Shown: positions 14,566 through 24,310 of the stretch, piece by piece
Numbering within the stretch: the stretch's first letter is position 1
Layout: the number at the start of each line of letters is the position of its first letter
The notes under the pieces: model-generated
Databases searched by the model: none
What the model was told of the DNA's origin: nothing
The model's input: the letters and a program-made list of their open reading frames with translations, nothing else
NCBI GenBank assembly: GCA_029953675.1
Contig: JAMWBK010000011.1
Coordinates: forward strand, 310,001-374,000
Length of the DNA: 64,000 nucleotides
Direction of reading: 5' to 3'
DNA from: Rhodosorus marinus CCMP1338
Taxonomy: Eukaryota > Plantae > Rhodophyta
Position numbers and translations under genes: made by a program

Positions 14566-16075
14566 ATACAGTTTGTGCAACCTCGACTGAAGTTGAGGAT
14601 ATCCGCACTCTACCCCAAGATGACTGGTTTCGAGACACCCCCAAACAGGTGAAGCCAATTGGACACCTTACAACGCCCAAAACGCTTTGTATGGTGTGCA
14701 AAAAAATAGGTTGCCACTCCAACCCGGCGGAGTAGCAATGCGTATGAACTGCATGCAACATCCGTCCCCTGTTCTTTTATCCAATTCATAGTTCAAGCAG
14801 CGGACGAATCCCGAGTTCTGTCGCCCCCTCCTCAAAACTAAAAGCCTAGCTACGGCGGATAGCTTGAGCCAACCCGCTCGCCACCAAAGCTCGGAGGTGC
14901 CAGGTCACACAAGCTTCCTCTCAACGCCGCCTCGAAGAGAGCGTAAGCAGAAGCGAACGGATTCTCCCCTTTGGACAATCAAAATCACCAGATATACAAT
15001 AAACACTGCCTCCAATCCTCATCCCGCAACTCATCAAATACAATTTTTGGAACCTCGACTAAAGTTATGGAGTGCCCGCCCACTTACACCCCCAAGATGA
15101 GAAGTTTCGAGACAGGCCCGAAAGTGGATGAAAGCAACTTTGTACACCTCAGTCAAAAAAAAAAATCTCTTGTATGGCCTGCAGAAAACTAGGTCGCCCA
15201 ACTCAAACCGATCATATAACCAGCAGATGGCAATACGTATGAAGAACATAAAACATCTGTGTCCCCTTTTCTTTTCTCGAATTCATAGCTGATCAAGCAG
15301 CGGACGAAACCCGAACCCTGTCGCCCCCGCACTCAACCCCACCCACCCCCAAAAAACAAAAGAATTCAAAGCAGCAGCCCGGGAAAGAAAACCAGTTTTG
15401 ATTCACCCCGCCGATCAACTATCTGACACGCTCTTGGGGAAGCTCTACCAATACCACAAAATCTGTTTCCAATGAAAGGCGCTCGTGGCGGTCTTCCTCA
15501 AAACAGGGACCAATTGACTAAAATTTCTGAAACGTGCAAGAGAGACTGACTCCAGTCAACCCCTTCTCTCTCCCCTTGTCTCAACCAAAAGTATGCCCGA
15601 TTCCACCAAATGCGGAAAACTAGGTCGCCCACCTATCACGGATGCGTACCCAGCGCCGATGGCAATACGTACGTACAACACAAAACGTTTGTCACCCTTT
15701 CTCTTCTCCAATTCATCGCTCAAGCAGCGGACGAAACCCCTAGTCTTGTCTCACCCCTCCACCCCCAACAAGACGAATATTCAAAGAAGCAGCCAGCAAA
15801 AAGAGACCAGTTTTGATTAACCACGCTCATCAACTAGCTGACACGATCTCTTTGGAAGTTTTACCAGAAAACACGTTTCCAACGAAAAGCGTTGTTCCTC
15901 AAAACAAGGACAAATCGACTAAATTTCTGAAAACTAGCAAACGATTGACTCCTAACCATCTCTTTTCTCCCTCTTCGTCCTTAAAACAAGGACCAGTTGA
16001 CTAAATTTCTGAAAACTAGTAGAGGTTTTAGACTACGAACTCCGCCCAACCTCTTTTCTCCTCTCGGACTGCACC
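14566..16075. repeat. Degenerate tandem repeat of about 430-500 bp (3 copies) with an internal sub-duplication of about 82 bp
   Basis: CAAGCAGCGGACGAA is identical at 14794, 15294 and 15721. AAAACTAGGTCGCCC occurs at 15185 and 15616. A GACTAAA(A)TTTCTGAAA sub-unit occurs near 15515, 15917 and 16000. Confidence 0.85.
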
Positions 16076-18154
16076 AAAAGCACATCCGATTCAACGACTT
16101 GAGCAGCTCGTGAAACAATCGCCACCGTCATCACACAAGATCAGCGACAACGACTTCCTGGAACGAGGCACACAAATGTACCAAAAAAACAATAACAATT
16201 GAAGGTGGTGTTTGCTTTGGGAGAATCTCAGGGGCATGTTTGGCCCGGAGGATTTGATAAGCACGAATTTAGTTGACGGACAGAGACAACGTTGGGGATC
16301 CGATAAGTATCCTCCCCTCTGGTTGGAGGGACAAGTGTCGGAACGATCGTTTGAGACTTGCAGGTTTTCCCCGTTTTCCAAAAAAGCGAAAACAAACACC
16401 CACACACACTCTCGTGCACTACGTAAAGCGACAAACCTGGTGGCCTTCAAATGTTCACTCCGGCCTCCGCGCAGTTGGTGAATCTTCTTCCCGCCTCCGA
16501 TGAAAGGAGGCAGAACAAAAGCGGGTGGGCGCTTGGCTCTCTCACCTTCCTCTTGTTTTTACAGCAGTGCAAAAAAACACAAGGAGGCCGTAACGACGAC
16601 AAAGGATATGAAAAACCCCTTCCTCATCCCCTCTTCCCGCACCGTTGTCCCCAACAAAATATGCCCACGACCTCGAATGACGCCGTCATTTCCCAAAAAT
16701 TACCTCCCAACAGATACTAATAGACCATATTTTCATTTATCGCACAGCTCACTCCAAAATCACTGCATGGACCAATAAATTCCTTCCCAATAAGCAACGA
16801 AAAGTAAAAGCCATTACAATTTATTTTAATTCACATGCATCTCCACTTACAAAACGAGCACAAATCCATGGACAAACTATTGCTCCGGTCACATTTCCAA
16901 AAAAAAAAGAGGCTTTCCATGCTCAGGTGATGAAAGTAAAGTAAATTCAGGGATTTCGTTAAGGATTGTAAATGCCTTATAAATTCTGTTGGTTTTATAA
17001 GGTCCGGCACAGTTCGGCTGGGGAGTACAGTTTTAAAGGGATGCCCTCAAAATGACAACGAAAATATGGGATTGTTTAAAACTTTATAGCAATTTATAAG
17101 TCGATGAAAATCCTCGCTGTAAAAACGAAATTGGGTTAAAAAGAAATCAAATTTCTAGTGTTGGTGGGTGGATTTTGAATAAATATAAAAATATTAAGGT
17201 CCATAAAAACTGCACTCTTCTCGTGTACTTTGATATTAACCAAACCCCCCCGCGCTTATTTGTTGAGAGAGGGGGGATATTTCTTATGAAAAAACATTTA
17301 TATATATTAGGATTTTTTGTGACAAAAAAAATCAGGGTGGGTAGTTTTGTTCAGATTACTCAAGTATGAAACGTAGACCCTTTTTTGGAGAAAACGCATA
17401 GCTCGAATTAACAGGTAAGAGGAGCGGATGTGGCATCGGGGAGTAACTGTTTTAACTGTTTGATACTGAACTAGGATTGAAATAATAAAATAATAATATA
17501 GTATATATGCTATATGGAAGAATAATTAGATTGTCGTTCGCGAGAATAGGATTTGAAACAAGGGGGGACGGATTTAGGTGCGCTTCACAAGGGGGTATTG
17601 CGCATGGGTGAGACTTGGAACTGTCTTGACAATCTTCTATTAGCGGGTAAGTCAAGATTCCTTTTGGATGGAATCTCTTCTATTTTTTTGGTCAGCAGCT
17701 CGATGCTGGATTGGATCGGGATGATCGTTACAGTCGTCGTTTGGAAGTGACGAGAGGGGTGGATGTCAATGCGGTACGTAGTTGAAAGACAAGAGTGCGA
17801 TCCTACTCTGTGTGGGCGCTGCTAACATCTGGGAGCGAAAGTTGTTATATTTTGAAAACAACTCTCTCGTACACCCTTCTTTTGAGGAACTCTGAGGGGG
17901 GAACGCGGGGGTATCCATTTACTACGTAGTTCCTGAACTGAGCAAGAACACAGCGTGTCGGATTCTTTCCAAACTCCTGTCGCTCCCTCCACCAAACAGT
18001 ATACAAACATATCAACCAGGTGTACCCGAATGGACCCATATCCTCGATATGCCTGCTCAATACTTCCCGTACGATCATGCATCTTTCATGCATAGACTTG
18101 CTGCCAAGTGCCCTATATGACATCTTCGTTCCAAAATCGTCCCACTCCCCCCTC

Positions 18155-18396
18155 TATCGCCCTCTAAGTACCAATTACACGCCAAGCTGAGTATCCGAAG
18201 AAAACCACCTCGTGCAACACTTGCACACAGAAAGGAAAAGATAAAGTGTAATATGTCTTCACCCCAACCTCCCCCTATCGCCCTTAAATTACCAATTACA
18301 CACCAAGCTGAGTATCCGAAGAAAATCACCTCATGGAACACTTGCACACAGAAAGGAAAAGATGATGTTTAATATGTCTTCACCCTAACCTCCCCC
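18155..18396. repeat. Tandem duplication, 2 x 121 bp
   Basis: TATCGCCC...ACCAATTACAC.CCAAGCTGAGTATCCGAAGAAAA...ACACTTGCACACAGAAAGGAAAAGAT...AATATGTCTTCACCC starts at 18155 and again at 18276. Confidence 0.93.
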
Positions 18397-19451
18397 ATCC
18401 TTTTCCATAGAAAACTAAAATACATCCCAAACACATTGAAAACGAAGATTATCCAAATTGTCTGAATCTAAATTATGTATACCCCTTTCTCAATATGAAC
18501 AATCCACAATGTTTTCGATCGACCATTCATTCCAACAAAAATCCTCTCATCTCCCTCGTCGTCATAGAGAAAGAAAAATAGAAATAGTTTTACCATTCCA
18601 ATCCACCAGCAAGGACCCCCTTTTTAACGTGGAAATACTGTCCATCCATTGGTTGGCGCACTGTTAGCCAAAAAAAAGAAAAAACCCATCGTCAAATTTT
18701 TTTCTTATAAATATATTTGAAAATCCACTTTTCTCCGTTTTTATCTTCTTCTCATCCGTGTAAAAAAGTATTTTTTGTACATATAAGCAATCATTAAAAA
18801 CTCTACTATAATATTGAATATCCAATAAGTAATTTTCCGACATATCCAAAATCTTTAAATATACAAGAAATGATAAAGCAGCTTTTGCTCCCAATTAAAA
18901 AACTTCAGATATACAATTCCCTTGCTCAACTTGTCTGATCCCCTCTTATCGTCCGGTATTAATATGAACAACAGGTCCATTTGTAATTAAAAATAGAATA
19001 ATACTTGACCTGTGAAGTATATCACAAGCCCCCTTATCTTTCCATGTTAAAATGGACCTTCAAAACTATTATGGAATAAATGAATACGCTTTTCGAGTCC
19101 GAAAGAGATTTCGTGTCTGTTTTTTATATTTTAATTGAATCCTTTTTCAGGGTTTGTTTTTTCATGGCTATTTTTTTTACTTATCATGAAAAAGATGGAC
19201 TGAATATGTGAAAATTTGTTTGAAAAAGAGCAAAAGGCCGTTTTGCAGGGGTTTGGGTGGAGGTTTTGGTGGAAAGGGTATATAACCAGTGGGTGGGGGA
19301 GGGTGAGGCGCGGCGGACTAGCTGAGGTTAGGGGGACGGGTAGAAGTGAGATGTAGGTTGAGGAGGGAATTCTTGAAAGGGTGTGAGTCTGTGTGTTGTT
19401 TGGATTAGTGACTGCGTTGTTGTTTTTTTGGTTTTGTGTTGGTATTGAACG

Positions 19452-19937
19452 ATGACGGGGAGGAAGGTTGAGAAGCGGTGCTTGGCGTGTGGAAGAACTT
19501 TCAAGTACCGGTATCTTCTGGAGCAGCATAACAGAGTGCACAGTGGCGCTACTCCGTATGTGTGCAAGGAGGTTGATTGTGGTAGGACCTTCAAGTGGCT
19601 GTCGAGCTTGAAGGCGCACTTGAAGAGCCACGTTGTGAACAAGACCATCGGCGACGAGGTTGCCGATGAGGCGAGCCTGACGACAGCAAAGTCGCGCAAC
19701 ACTGGGCTGGAGACTATTCTGGAGGATCTTTTTGATCCAGTAGCTCCTATCGACGAGGAGGAGGCTCTCGATGTTTTCACTGAAGAGAGTGATCCGTGGA
19801 AGACGGAAGACAATGGAAAGCCCTTCGGCTCGCAGGAAGACGCAAATTTCGACGCGTGCTTCAACTTGCTGGACATGGATGGAACCTACTCTGCCTACAT
19901 GGACACGTTCCTCACTGTTATCCCCGAGCAAGTTTAG
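19452..19937 (+). CDS. C2H2 zinc-finger protein (2 fingers plus acidic C-terminus), intronless
   Basis: CLACGRTFKYRYLLEQHNRVH, an SGATPY linker (TGEKPY-like) and CKEVDCGRTFKWLSSLKAHLKSH. TATATAA lies upstream at 19279-19285. Confidence 0.92.
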   Translation: MTGRKVEKRCLACGRTFKYRYLLEQHNRVHSGATPYVCKEVDCGRTFKWLSSLKAHLKSHVVNKTIGDEVADEASLTTAKSRNTGLETILEDLFDPVAPIDEEEALDVFTEESDPWKTEDNGKPFGSQEDANFDACFNLLDMDGTYSAYMDTFLTVIPEQV

Positions 19938-20741
19938 CCCTCGTTAGACCTCGCTCTGCGAAGAAACAACTCGTTGCATATATTGATTTTAACTTGTGTA
20001 CCTAACAACCAATATAAAGAATATTAATCTTTTTTTCGAAAAAAGAAAGGAAATCTACGGCGTAGGAAGAGTTGTACAATCTCGACGCATACCTATAGCT
20101 GTCCCGGAAAAGCCACTAGAAACGCACTCCGCGCAACAAGCTATTGCCGCTTCCGCGTCAAGCCTTAGCCAGCCAGCCAGCCTTAGCCGGGCTCTTGCTG
20201 TGTGGGGGGGATTGCAGGGCAGCGCTGAATTCTGTTGGAATGCTAACCGTCGCAACACACAGCGAGGAAGGGACATTGGCGTTCCACAAAAGCGAACAAG
20301 GGTCTATGTGCAGGGTGCCTTTTCCAGCAGGTTCCGGCACGGTGATGCGAAAGAAGCTCATGACGAGGTTTGTGAAAGCTCGGAAACCTGATTCCTTGTC
20401 TTGGATCTCGCAACCTAGGTCATTTATTAACCCTGAAACACTCTGTAAAAGACGTCCCGTTCGAAAAAGCAGTGTCGCAGTCCAAGATCAACAACCATGC
20501 CAATCGCGAGCACGTTTCTCGCACAGAGGTGCCGGCAATAGGGGAGCAAACATATATACCATGCCAACACACATCAGACGGTTCAAGCGAACAGAAGATT
20601 CGGAGGTTAGCGGTCCAACTCCTGTTTCGTAGTGTGCATCCCTTCCTCCCTGCGCTTCTACGGATATGTAGACTAATAAGTATAAACGATCGTTCGGTTG
20701 TGCAAAACCGATGAGCTGTATCCAACGAGAAAAATGCATGA

Positions 20742-22448
20742 TCAAACAGGACACCACAACTTTCGAGTTCCTTTCTTAACTATTTCACAACTCCGACCTT
20801 TCGGGCATCCCGTGCTTCTGCAGGGGTCGACTTTCCTGCTGCAGTTCATTCCGGTGAAGCCCGTCTCGCACTTGTCGTAGAACAGCCCAGTCACGACCTT
20901 CTTGTTGCGTCCTTTTAGCATCCTAAACGACTGAACCCCACCCGGGTAGTCTACTGAAACAGAGTACGATGCTGCACCACACTTGCCAATTCCAAAGTGC
21001 ATACGGGTACCCGCACTAACACTGTGGGACTGACCATTGGAGCCCACGCGCTGCGCAGTCCTCCGGTCTCCGCACCTAACTGTCACCACAGCACCCATGG
21101 GATGTCTGTCCCAATTCGCAAACGCCTGTTGTGCTCCCGCCCGCGGTCGGCCTACGAGCACAGTTACATAATCATTGTCAAAGTACGGCGTCTGGTTCTC
21201 GTACAACCTCCACGTCGCGTTCCTCGGTCCGACGAGCATGTCCATTCTGCCATCCTCGTTGTAGTCCAAGGCGATTGCTGTGTTCCCGTCCTCGAAATTG
21301 AAGGGTGATTCAGTCCCATGTTTCCCGGCAACCTTAAACTTGCCGTTCTTCTGGTTCAGAAGTAGGAGATCGTTTTTCCTCGGCTCGTTGAACGCCGTTT
21401 GCACCACCACGTACAGGTCCATGTATCCGTCAAGGTTGAAGTCGCCCGCCGTAACGTGATAGTGACGTCCCTCCAGTCTTATCCCTGCTCGCTGACTAAT
21501 GTCCTTGTACTTGCCGTTCGTCTTCTTGAACAAGAGATCATTGGAGCCGACGGCTCCCCAGGCACGTCCTCGGGCAATGTACAGTTCGAGACGGCCGTCC
21601 CCGTCGATATCGACCTCACAAGCGCAGCGTGCATCCTTGTAACCTTCACGGGAGTTATTAGTTTCCCGAATTTCGGGCAGAATGCCGTCGGCAAGCCTGA
21701 ACTTAAAAGGCGCGGTCCTCACGTACAGCTTTACACCATTGAAACCCATGAACAGGACATCCATGTGCCCGTCATCATTGGCATCCAGCGGATATACCCA
21801 ATAGGGCTCCGCAGCCTCCAACCCAGTGTTCTCGCGGACACGGTACCTTCCTTTACCAAGATTCTCATATACAACATGTTTCTTGGCAGGTCCGTTCGGG
21901 ATCCGTTGATTGGCAAAAAGAACGTCCAGGTCTCCATCAAGATCCATGTCAATCATTGCCATAGATCGTGCCCTAAACGAGGCCTCATTAAACCCATAGT
22001 CACCGCGCTGTACCTTCCACTCCCTCCCCGGCTGCTGGGTGACGATCAACGGAATAGCTGGATTTTTACCATTACTGCCTCCCTGAGTCACTATAATGTC
22101 GAGCAGGCCATCGCCATTCAAATCATCCGCAGCAGTAGCGTGGTAGTCTCCTCTGACGAGGCTCCCAAGCCTTCCCTTTTCAAAGCCTTTCTTGCATCTT
22201 CCCCAGTAGAAATCGATGGGGCTCCCATGGTTCCCCAAAATGAGATCCACGCACCCGTCTCCATCCACATCATAAATCGAGCTGCCCCAGTACTTGTTCC
22301 CCTCCGGCCTCCACTCGTTCATCTCACTTCTCGGAATCAGCCCCTTCCGAACAGTCACGTCCTTGAACGTCGGCTTGCGGATCCCCTGACCAAGCGCAAA
22401 ATAGAAAAAGCTCACAAGGAGCACGATCCCAAGTCCCTTCATCATCAT
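20742..22448 (-). CDS. Secreted FG-GAP/VCBS repeat + ASPIC-UnbV (CRTAC1-like) protein with Cys-rich tail, paralog 1
   Basis: Signal peptide, NKYWG, repeated DxDxDGxxD loops, SNGQSHS...MHFGIG and the tail CETGFTGMNC...C..C..C..C. Single open frame of 568 aa. Confidence 0.9.
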   Translation of the reverse strand: MMMKGLGIVLLVSFFYFALGQGIRKPTFKDVTVRKGLIPRSEMNEWRPEGNKYWGSSIYDVDGDGCVDLILGNHGSPIDFYWGRCKKGFEKGRLGSLVRGDYHATAADDLNGDGLLDIIVTQGGSNGKNPAIPLIVTQQPGREWKVQRGDYGFNEASFRARSMAMIDMDLDGDLDVLFANQRIPNGPAKKHVVYENLGKGRYRVRENTGLEAAEPYWVYPLDANDDGHMDVLFMGFNGVKLYVRTAPFKFRLADGILPEIRETNNSREGYKDARCACEVDIDGDGRLELYIARGRAWGAVGSNDLLFKKTNGKYKDISQRAGIRLEGRHYHVTAGDFNLDGYMDLYVVVQTAFNEPRKNDLLLLNQKNGKFKVAGKHGTESPFNFEDGNTAIALDYNEDGRMDMLVGPRNATWRLYENQTPYFDNDYVTVLVGRPRAGAQQAFANWDRHPMGAVVTVRCGDRRTAQRVGSNGQSHSVSAGTRMHFGIGKCGAASYSVSVDYPGGVQSFRMLKGRNKKVVTGLFYDKCETGFTGMNCSRKVDPCRSTGCPKGRSCEIVKKGTRKLWCPV

Positions 22449-23119
22449 AGCTTCCTACAGAGAGACCTCACCTCCCAACAAACAAGATCACTACCTCCCC
22501 AACACCCCCTGCAGACCAAGAGCTTTCACAGTCTTCCGTTCATATAGTCAAAAACCTACCGCGTCCTACCTCAAGACAACCTTGACGTAAAACGCACAAT
22601 CAGATATCGTCACAAAACAATGAGGAAAACAGAAACAGTCGCCTCCGGACGACGTTTCCTTGTCACTCCAACCCGACCATCCAGGTCGCTGTAACATTGG
22701 CCTTTATCGTTTGGCCCGAGTGAGTCATGGGCAAAAAACTCCAACGTCACACATCATCGGTAGACGGAAGACCATGCTCACGTATAGGAGAGCTCCAAGA
22801 AAACACGATATTTTTAATGTTGGAAGAAATCTGCCAGGCCACACTTCAATCCTAACTGTGGTGTGGCCTTACAAATCCTTGCCATCAATCCCCTCCCCCT
22901 CCCCTTATCTCCAGGCTAAGCTGGCGACTGGCTCAGGATATAAGTTTTGTTGATAAAATTATGAGGTGGATATGAAAATTTGGTTGTGTTTTATAAGCCC
23001 GTTAAGGTATTGGAATGTTTTCTTGTTTGTTTCTGATAGTTTCGACTGCATAATGGAGGAGCTTGATTGGCTTTCGCCTCGCGTGGCGAAAATGCGACCG
23101 TTTGTAAGGAAAAATTGAA

Positions 23120-23515
23120 GCGAGTTTTCGGATTGCATCTGTCGATTAACAAGTGATTCATAATCCTTTGAAAAACAGGCGGTCTTTGGGATGATCTTTG
23201 CGGCTTATTTGCACTAAATGCATGCAGAAATACCAGTTTTCGAAGACGTACCGGGAGTGCTTAATTAGAATCATCGTAATTACGTGTAGATCACACGTCG
23301 GTCGTCAGGTGAGCCTATGGAACCAATGGTTGCGTGTTTTCGCAAATTGCGTCTGTCGATTAAACGATGATTCATAATCCTTTCAAAACAGACTGCCTTT
23401 GTTTTGATCTTTGCGGTTTATTTGCACTAAATGCGTGAAGAAATATGGTTTTTGAACACCTAGCGAGTCTGCTTATTAGAATCATGGTAATTACGTGTTG
23501 ATTTCACGTCGGTTG
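23120..23515. repeat. Degenerate tandem repeat, 2 x about 214 bp
   Basis: TCTGTCGATTAA...TGATTCATAATCCTTT...GATCTTTGCGG.TTATTTGCACTAAATGC...TTAGAATCAT.GTAATTACGTGT starts at 23138 and again at 23352. Confidence 0.9.
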
Positions 23516-23759
23516 AAGCTGGATTCAGAATACTTTTAGATATCTTAAAATATGTTCGCGTTTGACAAGATATTCTATTACTTGTTAGATATGTACAAAT
23601 ATGTTTGTTTGAGTGCTTTATCTTGAGCTACCTCAGATATCTCTGAAGTTTGTTGCGAGTCCTGCAAAGTGGGAAGCTAGCCTCCCAGCGGGATGAGACA
23701 AGGGAAGAACGTTCAGAGGGGCTCCTATGTCAGAAACGTGGCACAGCGGCTCTTGAAGG

Positions 23760-24310
23760 GACCAAAAGAAGTCGTGAACGGTCCGAAGGGAACAAGAAGA
23801 GTTGTGAACGATCGACGAAGTCAGGAAAGAGCCTATATATCCCGAATCACCGTAGAGTAGAACCTCTCGACCGTGCCGTTCGTAGTTGGATGAAATGCCG
23901 AGGTTACCGATCGAGATATTCCAAGTGGCCCACACAATGTAAATAACAGCGCGTTGTCGTCCAATATTTTAGCTAGTCGATTGCGGAGGCTCCTGGAGTG
24001 ACAGAAGCCACTTCAACGCCTGGTGGTCCGTGATGATCTTCAATAGTTCGGCACGTACACACGGAACTTCTTCACCAGGAACGCCACACCCGAACACTCC
24101 TTCTCACTAACCGTATACCTGGTTTATGCCTCTGTGGACATGCATGATGTGAAAGGTATTCGTCGAAGTTGACCATCTTCAGCCTTCCGCAGCATTCCTG
24201 CACAACACCACCGGCTTCGACAGTTCCGACCAAACAAACTGACTATTGCGTTTCCTGTAGCTGCGTCCACTTCTTGTCAAAATCTTGGATGACAACCCGC
24301 TGTTGTTTGC
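23760..24310 (-). mobile_element. Decayed Ty3/gypsy LTR-retrotransposon pol remnant (RT thumb, RNase H, integrase core)
   Basis: Manual minus-strand translation gives VIQDF (about 24290) and SQFVWSE. It then gives RYTVSEKECSGVAFLVKKFRVY and KIITDHQALKWLLSLQEP (24120-23984, one frameshift), followed by ILDDNALLF..LGISRSVTSAFHPTTNGTVERF (23925-23860). RNase H preceding integrase is the gypsy domain order. Stops and frameshifts are present. Confidence 0.85.
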
